Positions 20,311-29,238 of a stretch of 53,536 nucleotides of DNA are shown one piece after another (within the stretch, counting starts at the first letter, position 1; every line of letters begins with the position of its first letter). Location of the stretch: assembly GCA_049472355.1 (NCBI GenBank), contig JBLIRP010000014.1:1-53536 (forward strand), in the 5' to 3' direction. Position numbers and translations under genes: made by a program. Under the pieces are notes generated by a model. That model made no database searches, was not told where the DNA came from, and worked only from the letters and a program-made list of their open reading frames with translations. This stretch comes from a bacterium. Lineage in GTDB: Bacteria > SZUA-182 > DTGQ01 > JAFGSM01.

Positions 20311-21633
20311 CTAAAGTAGTCCCTCCATACGTTCTCGTTCGCGAACGATTCTCCTCATCAATACATCATAGACATGATCTGCAATCCTTTGATAATCAAT
20401 TGAAACGCCCCGGTTCCGGGTATCTTTTCTCCTGCGCACGGGGCGAGTTGTCACCATGGTTTCAAGGACATCCGTTTTGTCAATCTCATCTGGGGCAGAT
20501 TGCGGATATCCCTGAGGATGGAGTTGGCCTGACTCGGAATGTTCCGCAACTCTTTTCTCAGTCTGGTCCCAAGGCGAAATCGGATATCCAGTATTCGCAT
20601 GGCGGGGATCAGCCATTTCCCGTCTCCCTGAAAAGAGAGGTACATAACCTTGAAGACGGCCCTGACGAGGTGCATTAATTAATATGGGAGTTCCGGACGA
20701 GCGCACATCTTCCACCCTTACAAAATGCCATCCCTTCTTCTCCTGCCCTATAACACCTATCCCTGTGGTGAATGTTCTTAGGATCGATGTCTGGTCAGTG
20801 ACCATTTCCGAATGAACCTTTGCACTCTTAGGGAGTCCGTTTTCTGATTCTGTAACGATCCTTTGATGATGCAGAAGAATATCATGGTTAATCAGAGCCC
20901 TTTCTCCTCCGGGGTTGCCCTCTTTAGACCCTTTCCCCTGATTGCGTGGATGATGAACGAAGGAGCCATTATTGTCTACCCCCTCTTTTCTCACACCCCG
21001 TATGATCCGTTCTGAATCGTATCCCGATGTTCCCCCGTACCCTTCGTGCCGAGGTAGCTGACGCACGACAACCGGCTTGAACGGAGCCTCGTCTCGTTTA
21101 CGGTACGTGCCCTGAGGGCCTTGCCAGATGGTGAACGGTGTGCCTTTATCCGAAGAGATGTTCAAGAGATAGTGCAGGGATGGTGATCCTTCTTGAGAGG
21201 GAGTGTGTATGTAATACCCATGGCCATATGGCGTACCCTTCTTATACAATGGCACCGTCGCTATGGCATATCCGTCTGATACGGACAATCCTGTGAGAGT
21301 CCGCTCCCAAGCCCGATTGAGGACAAGGGGGGAATATGCCGAATCACCAATGGAAGCGTCCTCTGCTTCGAAAAAACCTCGGCGATGAATCAAGAAGTTG
21401 AGCACTACGCCGAAATGGGCCAGGAGGTACTGGGCATTGATACGGTGGGCCACGCTGATCAAAATGGCTTTCCCCAACCTCAGCCTCAATGCGGTACTCC
21501 ATTGACTCAGACTGCGCAGCCTTGAGACAAGGATTTGCTGCCCTTGCCAGGAGATTAAATGATCTCTCCCCCATGGACGTCTCAACGTGGAGAAATAGGG
21601 ATTTTGGTATGGCAGTATATGTAATTTATCCAC
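20311..21633 (-). CDS. CIS-associated, largely disordered protein with C-terminal helix (possible tape measure/tube-associated)
   Basis: GTG start after GGAG; C-terminal DYQRIADHVYDVLMRRIVRERER; located between tube 2 and the Afp7-like gene. Confidence 0.6.
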   Translation of the reverse strand: MDKLHILPYQNPYFSTLRRPWGRDHLISWQGQQILVSRLRSLSQWSTALRLRLGKAILISVAHRINAQYLLAHFGVVLNFLIHRRGFFEAEDASIGDSAYSPLVLNRAWERTLTGLSVSDGYAIATVPLYKKGTPYGHGYYIHTPSQEGSPSLHYLLNISSDKGTPFTIWQGPQGTYRKRDEAPFKPVVVRQLPRHEGYGGTSGYDSERIIRGVRKEGVDNNGSFVHHPRNQGKGSKEGNPGGERALINHDILLHHQRIVTESENGLPKSAKVHSEMVTDQTSILRTFTTGIGVIGQEKKGWHFVRVEDVRSSGTPILINAPRQGRLQGYVPLFSGRREMADPRHANTGYPISPWDQTEKRVAEHSESGQLHPQGYPQSAPDEIDKTDVLETMVTTRPVRRRKDTRNRGVSIDYQRIADHVYDVLMRRIVRERERMEGLL

Positions 21634-21691
21634 GGGGACTCCTTATGTGCTGTAATACATGAAGCGAATGAGCACTGGGGATAACCGTGCC

Positions 21692-22159
21692 CTATTCAAT
21701 AAATCCCTCATGGGAGAGTTCAAACGTTTCAACGGCGATCCTGCTGGCATCGGCCTTTAATTCAGGCCCTTCCCATTTTTGCGGCCAGCATCCCTTGAAA
21801 TTCCAACGGTTGACCTCTTCCATTCTCTCGTTAAATAGGATAATACTAACATTCTTGCGAATGCCCTTTCGGCTCGTGAGTGACTCCTTATACCAATCCC
21901 ACAGTGTACTGGAAATCGTTACTCCCTTCTTGAGGACAATGCGTTGATATTTTATCCTCCCCGGCAGGACATGAAGATGTCTGTTCATCCCACCCTCCGG
22001 ATAGGCATACTCTTCAATTTCAGCCTGAAGACCGCTGCATTGGAAGATTCCCACCACGGTATTCTCTATCTCCACGCCGAAGCGAAACGCAGTTAATGGA
22101 ATACCCTGGAGTTGGGCATTCTGTTCTGAAAGGTCGAGATTCTGATGAAGGTTATTCAT
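21692..22159 (-). CDS. Tail tube protein, T4 gp19-like (Afp5-like)
   Basis: FRFGVEI..CSGLQAE..EGGMN..LPGR..LKKG..WPQKWEGPELKA..VETFELSHEG. Confidence 0.93.
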   Translation of the reverse strand: MNNLHQNLDLSEQNAQLQGIPLTAFRFGVEIENTVVGIFQCSGLQAEIEEYAYPEGGMNRHLHVLPGRIKYQRIVLKKGVTISSTLWDWYKESLTSRKGIRKNVSIILFNERMEEVNRWNFKGCWPQKWEGPELKADASRIAVETFELSHEGFIE

Positions 22160-22162
22160 GAC

Positions 22163-22345
22163 TTATGATATTCTTCCGCCCGCGGCATCCTGGATCTTTC
22201 CGTTGATCTTTGAGACCTCGCCCACCCATCGGTTCCTTTCCCGATGATGCATGTCCATTATGGTCTCGTAATCCCAATGCAAGTAATACGATAGAAAGGC
22301 TACCTCCTCGTAGATTCTCTCAAGGGGGTAGCCTATGATTCCCCC
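22163..22345 (-). CDS. DUF6760-like chaperone extension, probably expressed by -1 frameshift from the upstream gene
   Basis: YPLERIYEEVAFLSYYLHW..RERNRWVGEVSKIN; no ATG before the conserved part; frame overlaps the upstream stop at a GGGGGAA slippery site. Confidence 0.7.
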   Translation of the reverse strand, partial: GGIIGYPLERIYEEVAFLSYYLHWDYETIMDMHHRERNRWVGEVSKINGKIQDAAGGRIS

Positions 22346-22698
22346 TGCTGTTCCAGCACCTCCTGAGAAAACTCTTTGCAGCAATGAGGGCACTTTATCA
22401 TTGCCTCTCCATTCCTATTGATTCGATTATAGAAACCTTGAAGATATGAGAGATCGCATGAAAAAAGGTTCTCAATGATTCCTGGATTAACCTCCTTTAA
22501 CTCCCCAAGCCTCATAATCACCCTTGATAAGAGTATGATTATGAGATATGCCTCATTGCGGGCAACCCTGGGGTCCTGTAGGGGAAGTATTTCATCCTTG
22601 GCGGTTGATAGGCGCATGGTGCCATGTTGGTGGATGTTTCCATCCTTATCAATAAATCCCTTAGGCAGGGTAAATTCGAACTCGGTTTGCAGGGTCAT
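22333..22698 (-). CDS. Tail assembly chaperone-like protein
   Basis: QTEFEFTLPKGFID..GTMRLSTAKDEILPLQDPRV..LFSCDLSYLQ..CPHC; AGGAGGAGG RBS. Confidence 0.88.
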   Translation of the reverse strand: MTLQTEFEFTLPKGFIDKDGNIHQHGTMRLSTAKDEILPLQDPRVARNEAYLIIILLSRVIMRLGELKEVNPGIIENLFSCDLSYLQGFYNRINRNGEAMIKCPHCCKEFSQEVLEQQGES

Positions 22699-22801
22699 CG
22701 ATTACACCTCCTCCTTAATCGGTCTCAGCAATAAGATCTGTTAGCGGATTTGTCAATCATTATCAATGCAGGCTGAGACGGACAGGGGATGATACAAAGG
22801 T

Positions 22802-23245
22802 TCAAGCCCGTTCGATACCTTCGTAACAGAAGGTCAATGTCTCCATTGCTATGCTGTCTCCATCCGCCTTTAGGGCTGGGTTGCTCGACTTGTTTGGCCA
22901 CGCCTGTCTCAGGTTCCAACGAATCTTATCCGCGCCCTCCTCATTTCTGATAATGATAGAGACATTCTTCCTTTCAACGTTTCCATCCATTACCTTCTTT
23001 CGCCATTCCCAGAGGGCATTGTTATCCACAATCCCTCTTTTCAGGGTGACGTCGCTGAAGTGCTTCAAACCGGGAAGCTTTTTGAGAGTACTATCCTTGT
23101 CATCTCCGATGCGATAACAAATGACGTCTGTCTCGGTTTCCAATCCTGAACATTCATAAAACCCACCCGTGATAAGCCCTTCAATCTCAATTAAAAAATT
23201 ATGATTCCTGTAAGGATCCTGATATGGTTCTGTGCGATCTGGCAT
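22802..23245 (-). CDS. Tail tube protein, T4 gp19-like (Afp1-like)
   Basis: DPYRNHNFLIEI..FYECSGL..KLPGLKHFSDVTLKRG..RKNVSI..AWP. Confidence 0.95.
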   Translation of the reverse strand: MPDRTEPYQDPYRNHNFLIEIEGLITGGFYECSGLETETDVICYRIGDDKDSTLKKLPGLKHFSDVTLKRGIVDNNALWEWRKKVMDGNVERKNVSIIIRNEEGADKIRWNLRQAWPNKSSNPALKADGDSIAMETLTFCYEGIERA

Positions 23246-23291
23246 AATTGAATACCTCCATTATCTTGTTTTCGTATTGCAGCAATATAAC

Positions 23292-24542
23292 TTATGCTTC
23301 AGCAACTGAGGTCCCTTCGCTCCATTGGGTGATGCGAAAGATAACAAACTCCGCAGGACGGGATGGCGCGATCCCAATAAGGATAACAACCTTCCCCTGT
23401 TGGACGATCTCCGGAGGATTGGTCTCTTCGTCGCATTTGACGTAGAATGCCTGCTGAGGGGTAGCCCCGACCAATGCACCGGAAAGCCATTGGGTATAGA
23501 GGAACTCACTGATGTCCCTGATAATCCTCTTCCAGAGACTTCTATCATTCGGCTCGAAAACCACCCATTGCGTACCCCGCGCAATGGATTCCTTTAGCAT
23601 GATAAAGAGCCTTCTGACATTGAGGTAGCGCCAACTGGCATCAGAGCTGAGTGTCCTCGCTCCCCAGACCCGGATCCCTCTTCCCGGAAAGGAGCGAATG
23701 CAATTGATGCCCTTGGGATTCAAGACCTCTTGTTCACCCTGGGTGATACTGTATTTCAAGCCCACGCACCCCCTCAGGATCTCATTGGCAGGGGCCTTAT
23801 GCACACCCCTCTCAGCATCACTTCGTGCATAAATCCCTGCTATATGACCACCCGGCGGGACAAAGATGTTTTCCTTCTTCACCGCGTCAAAAACCTGAAT
23901 CCACGGGAAATAATAAGCGCCATACTTTGAATCCCGCGGTTGAGTGTCCTTCAGCTTCGCAATATTGCCGTCAGGTAGATCTTCGGGGCAGTCGATGATT
24001 GCAAATAGGTTATTGTTTTCACAATAAGAGAGCACCTCATCCTGTATTTCCTTGTCAACCAATCCCGGGGCGCAGAGAATTGATATATCACTGAACTCCT
24101 TGAATGCATGCAAACCGGTGCGTGCTCCCGGACCTCCGTCACTCCCTTTTACAGCGGCTGTCACGTTGCCTTTCGCACTACCCGCGGCTGCTCTTCCTCT
24201 GGCCGTCCCCGCTGCTTCACCCTCCGCCGAAGCAGGCCGGGGTGCCTCGCTGCCGGGGGTTATTTTGTTCACATAGCATCGTCTCCCCCCATTATCGAAG
24301 AATCCGTAAACCGCATGGGCCAGGTAAGGAGCATTCGAGAAATCTCCGAATTTTGCGGTAAATTGGCTCCAATTGGTAATCAATTGAGGCTTGTTCGTGA
24401 GGTCTATTACCTCCTTTCCTTCCTTGTAGACAAAATTCGTCTCTCCGATAAACGCGGCGGTGCTTGTGCTAACCCCCTCAATCGGTCTTGGCCCTAAATC
24501 AACCTCTTCAACATAAACTCCTGGTGATAGATACTCTGCCAT
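23292..24542 (-). CDS. Contractile tail sheath (Afp2/3/4-like), single copy
   Basis: YLSPGVYVEEV..PIEGVSTSTAAFIG..YFPW..RGVHKAPANE..RVWGARTL..YLNVRRL..PAEFVIFRI. Confidence 0.97.
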   Translation of the reverse strand: MAEYLSPGVYVEEVDLGPRPIEGVSTSTAAFIGETNFVYKEGKEVIDLTNKPQLITNWSQFTAKFGDFSNAPYLAHAVYGFFDNGGRRCYVNKITPGSEAPRPASAEGEAAGTARGRAAAGSAKGNVTAAVKGSDGGPGARTGLHAFKEFSDISILCAPGLVDKEIQDEVLSYCENNNLFAIIDCPEDLPDGNIAKLKDTQPRDSKYGAYYFPWIQVFDAVKKENIFVPPGGHIAGIYARSDAERGVHKAPANEILRGCVGLKYSITQGEQEVLNPKGINCIRSFPGRGIRVWGARTLSSDASWRYLNVRRLFIMLKESIARGTQWVVFEPNDRSLWKRIIRDISEFLYTQWLSGALVGATPQQAFYVKCDEETNPPEIVQQGKVVILIGIAPSRPAEFVIFRITQWSEGTSVAEA

Positions 24543-24601
24543 TTTGTTCCCTCCCGCTATTAATATGGATTAAAGTCTTTTCACGTGGGAAAATGAAAAA
24601 T

Positions 24602-24841
24602 TCAATCCCTTGAATGCCGGGCCCTGAATGTGACCATGTTGTTAGCATTATGATACAGCTTTTCAATTTCACCGCTTTGCACCATACTGTCCAGCGTCTC
24701 TGAAACCTCGTCAATCGATTGGTCGATTCTTTCAAACTCCAACCACCACATAGTGATACCCTCTAATGTATCCTCTGCTTTAGGATTCTTTTTAAGATAA
24801 TTCAATATCTTCTTCGAAATTTTTTTCTGCTTTTTAGTCAC
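24602..24841 (-). CDS. Small winged-helix-like protein, first gene of the CIS operon
   Basis: ILNYLKKNPKAEDTLEGITMWWL..VSETLDSMVQSGEI; start uncertain (GTG at 24841 chosen because the track TTG at 24922 lies inside the promoter). Confidence 0.65.
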   Translation of the reverse strand: MTKKQKKISKKILNYLKKNPKAEDTLEGITMWWLEFERIDQSIDEVSETLDSMVQSGEIEKLYHNANNMVTFRARHSRD

Positions 24842-24916
24842 TGAGGGAACATTAGGTAAAATGAAACGGTTGAATCTAAGAAAACTTGAATAAACAAGCT
24901 CAACTCCTAAAATATT

Positions 24917-24934
24917 ATGCAAAGGAGAGGCCAG
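24917..24934 (-). promoter_or_regulatory. Sigma-54 -24/-12 promoter
   Basis: Minus strand CTGGCCTCTCCTTTGCAT = TGGC-N7-TTGCA, with GG and GC exactly 10 nt apart, facing the sheath operon. Confidence 0.8.
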
Positions 24935-25222
24935 ATGTATTTTTGATAATTAATTGTTTTATAAGAATTTTTTTTCGCCTGAGGATAGGCACTAAGGGCA
25001 TCAGTCACCCCAATATGACTATGCACCAAAACGCACTGAAGGGCATTAACTTAGAGAGTAAATTTCTGATGACCGTTGAGTCAGTTTTCTATGACCCTCT
25101 ATGTGTTCACGTCCAAAAATGTTTTGCATCATCTCACTCCGAATCATTTATTTGATACGTTCTTGAGAGGAGCCCACTTTTTATGCCTTCCGAACCGATT
25201 TGCTGTCTGAAGGGCCAACTTT

Positions 25223-27754
25223 TTATTTCTTAAGCGGGCTTATAAGGCCTCTATTATACAAAGGAAGCTGCCTTTTATTTGTTTTCCCCGGTTCCTCTTG
25301 TTGCCCATTCTTTTTAGTGATTTTAGATTTTACATTGCCGGAGGACTGAACCTTACTCTGCTCCTTTGGTATCACAGGTGTGAAGGTCCCTGGTTTAGTG
25401 CCTGCGCCGGGCTGGATGCTGCCTTCTGAGTTAACAGCGTTCTGCTTCGAGGGTGATCCTTCGTTATCGGATTGACTTTTTTTAAACCCAAAGGACTTAA
25501 ACATTTTAGAGGAATCTGGTTGCGTCTGAAATGTGCTGCCCGATTTTGTATTCGTTTTTAAATCGCCGGGCGATTGAGGCGGGCCAGAGGAAGAATTCTC
25601 TATTGGCGCTATTCCTTTTGATTGTGGAATTTGTCTAGTAAGACCAAGTTTATCAGCGATTCCAGGTATGATTTTGGGCAATGGTTCTATTTTCTTAGGA
25701 TCAATTGGTGGTTGCGGCGGTGGAAGAGGGGCAAGTATAGATACCTTGCATTCCTTATCCCCACTTGTACCTTCGTTGCCACTTGTATCATAGGCACGGG
25801 CTTTATATTTTATAATACCGGAAGAGGTTGGCTCCACTATACATGTGCAAGGCGAAAACATGCATTTTCGAATCTCTTTGACCTTCATCTCTTCGGCTGT
25901 CCCCTCAACAAATATCTCAACAGCATCTATTCCCCAATCGTCCTCTGCCTCAGCAGTAAAGGTAATCTTCGAACCTTTACCCAGTAATGGGTTTTGCGGG
26001 GAGTAGGAAACGTTCACTATTGGTTTGGTTTTATCCGAAATCGCAAGGGTGTGGGACTCACTCTCGCCCCTATTTCCTGCCTCGTCTACGGCATACGCAC
26101 GATAGTTTACTTCTCCCGGGGGGAAGGGACCGATGCTGCATATATGTTGAAACTTTGAATCAGAACATATATATGAGTGATCCCTACCGTTCACCTGAAT
26201 CACCACTGTCTTTAAGTTCCAGTTATCTTCCGCCTCAGCACTCAACGCAACCGTATCTTCCGTCGTTGGGTATTGCGGAGAGCATGTGACCTTCACCAGA
26301 GGTTTGGTTTCATCCGTGACCGAAACCGTGTGGGACTCACTCTCACCCCTATTTCCTGCCTCGTCTACGGCATACGCACGATAGTTTACTTCTCCCGGGG
26401 GGAAGGGACCGTCGATATGAGCTTTCATAAAAGACGTACCGGAACACTTATGCTCCTTCTCATCCTTGCCGACCAGAATGACAAGTTTATTTAAGCCCCA
26501 CTGATCATTCGCCTCAGCGGTGAAGGTAACCGTATCTTCTGTCGTTGGGTATTGCGGAGAGCAAGAGATGATTACCGTAGGTTCGGTTGCGTCGGTGATT
26601 GATAGGATTTTTACCTCACTCTCTCCCCTATTGCCTGATCTGTCCTTGGCATTGGCAGAATATTGTATTGTTCCTGGTGAATATGGACCGCCTTTATAGA
26701 TACAAGAGGAGCCGATGGAGTCTGCGACCTCCCGGCCATTGATGAGAATCGCCACCTCTTCAACCCCCCATTTATCTTCAGCATGGGCGCTAAAGGTAAC
26801 TTCCTGGTCAGTTACAGGATTTGAGGGATTGGCGGATATTTTCACTATCGGAGAAGTTTTATCGGTTATTCTGAGATGCTCGGTAACGCCGAGTTTTCTT
26901 TCTCCCGCTCTATCATAGGCATAAGCCTCATAGCATATGTCGCCTGGAGGATATGGTCCACCCTCGTGTCTGCAGGACGAGCCCGTACCTTCCTCGACCT
27001 TTTTGCCGTTAACAAGAATCTCCATCCTGCTTATGTAATCGGAATCTGTTATATGAGCGATAAAGGCAACCTTCTGATTTGTATTCGGATTTAAGGGATC
27101 AGGGATGATGGTGAGTGTAGGCAATACACTCTCCCTTACCTCCAGGATTCGAGTCGCTGTGATGGATTCCTTTTTCTTATTCATTACTATCAATGTGTAC
27201 ACTGCGGTATTGCTCGGATGAACATCTATGCTGCCGCTTAACTCCAGATCTTTCATATTTGGATCAATTGCCACTGATGAAGCATTCCTCGTCCTCCAAC
27301 TGAGGATTGCTGTTTGCCCCTCTTTTATTGCATCAGGATCGATAGCAAAGCTGATAATCTCAGGAGATTTCGGCTTCAATGTCTGCCAGGCAATCACGCC
27401 ACCAACGAGAATGATCAACAGAGCCCCGCCGCCTATAGCCGCAGGTAACCATTTAATCCTTCGTTTGGGAGCAGAGACTTCAGCCTCAAGGGAAACATCC
27501 AGACTGAAAGAGCCCTCCAGGGCAGGCACATGGTGCTCTTGACGATGGTATCCCTCTTTCTCAAAGGTGATCCTCAGATCCTGTCCGCTCTTTATCTTGA
27601 CATCATCGACCTCTGCAATCACCTCAAAGAATCCGTTTTCGCCGCTCAATGTCCTCTGAAGCTCTTCTGTGTCAAGATGAAGCTTCACAAGGGCACCTAT
27701 TACAGGCATGCCTGTGATGCTATCCTTTATTTCTCCGTATCTTCTGCAGATCAT
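25223..27754 (-). CDS. Bitopic Ig-repeat membrane protein, paralogue of 9394-12234, with disordered Pro/Ser/Lys-rich C-terminus
   Basis: Same N-domain (ENGFFE..LRITFEKEGY..EGSF.LDV.LE), TM after KRR, about 6 Ig-like repeats. Confidence 0.85.
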   Translation of the reverse strand: MICRRYGEIKDSITGMPVIGALVKLHLDTEELQRTLSGENGFFEVIAEVDDVKIKSGQDLRITFEKEGYHRQEHHVPALEGSFSLDVSLEAEVSAPKRRIKWLPAAIGGGALLIILVGGVIAWQTLKPKSPEIISFAIDPDAIKEGQTAILSWRTRNASSVAIDPNMKDLELSGSIDVHPSNTAVYTLIVMNKKKESITATRILEVRESVLPTLTIIPDPLNPNTNQKVAFIAHITDSDYISRMEILVNGKKVEEGTGSSCRHEGGPYPPGDICYEAYAYDRAGERKLGVTEHLRITDKTSPIVKISANPSNPVTDQEVTFSAHAEDKWGVEEVAILINGREVADSIGSSCIYKGGPYSPGTIQYSANAKDRSGNRGESEVKILSITDATEPTVIISCSPQYPTTEDTVTFTAEANDQWGLNKLVILVGKDEKEHKCSGTSFMKAHIDGPFPPGEVNYRAYAVDEAGNRGESESHTVSVTDETKPLVKVTCSPQYPTTEDTVALSAEAEDNWNLKTVVIQVNGRDHSYICSDSKFQHICSIGPFPPGEVNYRAYAVDEAGNRGESESHTLAISDKTKPIVNVSYSPQNPLLGKGSKITFTAEAEDDWGIDAVEIFVEGTAEEMKVKEIRKCMFSPCTCIVEPTSSGIIKYKARAYDTSGNEGTSGDKECKVSILAPLPPPQPPIDPKKIEPLPKIIPGIADKLGLTRQIPQSKGIAPIENSSSGPPQSPGDLKTNTKSGSTFQTQPDSSKMFKSFGFKKSQSDNEGSPSKQNAVNSEGSIQPGAGTKPGTFTPVIPKEQSKVQSSGNVKSKITKKNGQQEEPGKTNKRQLPLYNRGLISPLKK
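26049..26411. repeat. 84-bp near-identical direct repeat (26049-26132 and 26328-26411), period 279 bp
   Basis: One mismatch seen; both copies encode GPFPPGEVNYRAYAVDEAGNRGESESHT. Confidence 0.9.
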
Positions 27755-28170
27755 GGCAGTCTTCCCCCTTCCGATGAATTTCTCCGGAATCTTGAACTAA
27801 AACAGGATACGTATTTTCCCCCAGAGAAACAGGCTTTATGCATAGAGCGATAAATCCCCTAAATTGTTAAAAGGGATTGAGGGCCTCGAATGTCCTTTTC
27901 AATTCAATAGACGGAAACAATGGATCGATTCCCAGGATCTCTTTGGGATTTTTTGCTGACCTATTCCCTTACTTCCCATTTCACAAGCCTTTTTAGAATC
28001 GCAAAGGATAGATTTCTAAAAGAATGGTGAACACGAGTGTCTGGCATGAAGATCTAAAAAACAGTTACATGGACAGCATTTCTTGTCAGGCATTATGGAT
28101 CCTGCCTTCACGGAGAGTGGAATTGCATGGGGCAGCGTTTGTTATCTGACTGAAAATCCGGTAGGCTGCG

Positions 28171-29238
28171 CTATCGAAACTGCTTTGGAGAGAGCTTATG
28201 CTTCTTGAGGAGGTTCCAAAGGCCCGTGCGGCTTTTCCCTGAACGTTTGGCAGCAGTAACCATATCCCCTTTGTTTTCCGTGAGGAGCTGTATAATGTAG
28301 CTTTTTTCAAAGGCATTTATCACCTTTGTTTTTGCCTTATTAAAGGATTCAAATTCTGAGTTGTCTTGAGGCGGCTCATTTGTTGGAAGCTGAATATTTT
28401 TAAGGGTCAACGTGGGTGAGTCCGTCATCACAACGACTTGCTGTATCATATTCTCAAGTTCTCTTACATTCCCTGGCCACGAGTAAGAGACTAAGGCATT
28501 CAAGACCTCTGAAGACACCTCATTGATCGGTTTTTTGTATTCCATTGAGTATTTTTTGACAAAGTAGGCAATCAGGATGGGAATGTCCTCTTTCCTTTCA
28601 TCCAAAGGCGGTATATGAATGGAGGCAATATTCAATCGGTAAAAGAGGTCCTCCCTGAAGGTGCCTTTCCTGACAAGACATCGGAGGTCTGTGTTTGTGG
28701 CGGCGATTATTCTGATATCGGCATTGTGCGACTTGGAATCCCCGAGTATTTTATATTCTTTATCTTGCAACAACCGAAGGAATTTTATCTGAATATAAGG
28801 ACTCACTGTCCCTATCTCATCAAGAAACAAGGTCCCGCCTTCAGCCTCCTTGACCAAGCCGATCTGTGGAAAACTGGCATCGGTAAATGCCCCCTTGACA
28901 TGGCCAAAGAGTTCATTCTCAAACAAGTGTTCCGGAATAGCTCCACAATTTACGGGGATAAAAGGCTTGCCAGCCCTTGAACTCAAATAATGAATGGCTC
29001 TCGCAACAAGCTCCTTTCCGGTGCCGCTTTCGCCTGATATCAGGGTTGTCACATCACATGATGAAATTCTGTCAATCTTTTCATGAAGTTCATGAATTGC
29101 CCTGCTCTTGCCCAAGATTTTCTTCAGCCCGAGACCTCTCTTGAGCGCCTTTTTGGCATGCTCGTAACCATTTGGTATTTCACCGCTATTATACCCTCCA
29201 TTGATATCCGATAAATATCCGCTGCTTGCCATATTCAT
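28171..29238 (-). CDS. Sigma-54-dependent transcriptional activator (bEBP) without N-terminal regulatory domain
   Basis: GESGTGKEL, ELFGHVKGAFTDA, LFLDEI, FREDLFYRL, WPGNVREL, C-terminal Fis-type HTH. Confidence 0.95.
   Translation of the reverse strand: MNMASSGYLSDINGGYNSGEIPNGYEHAKKALKRGLGLKKILGKSRAIHELHEKIDRISSCDVTTLISGESGTGKELVARAIHYLSSRAGKPFIPVNCGAIPEHLFENELFGHVKGAFTDASFPQIGLVKEAEGGTLFLDEIGTVSPYIQIKFLRLLQDKEYKILGDSKSHNADIRIIAATNTDLRCLVRKGTFREDLFYRLNIASIHIPPLDERKEDIPILIAYFVKKYSMEYKKPINEVSSEVLNALVSYSWPGNVRELENMIQQVVVMTDSPTLTLKNIQLPTNEPPQDNSEFESFNKAKTKVINAFEKSYIIQLLTENKGDMVTAAKRSGKSRTGLWNLLKKHKLSPKQFR

Noticed and set aside
17700..24542. Prophage or canonical T6SS
   Set aside because: No capsid, portal, terminase or integrase; no TssJLM, TssBC pair or ClpV. 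Pvc16, Afp7-like and gp19 tube genes indicate an Afp/PVC-type CIS.
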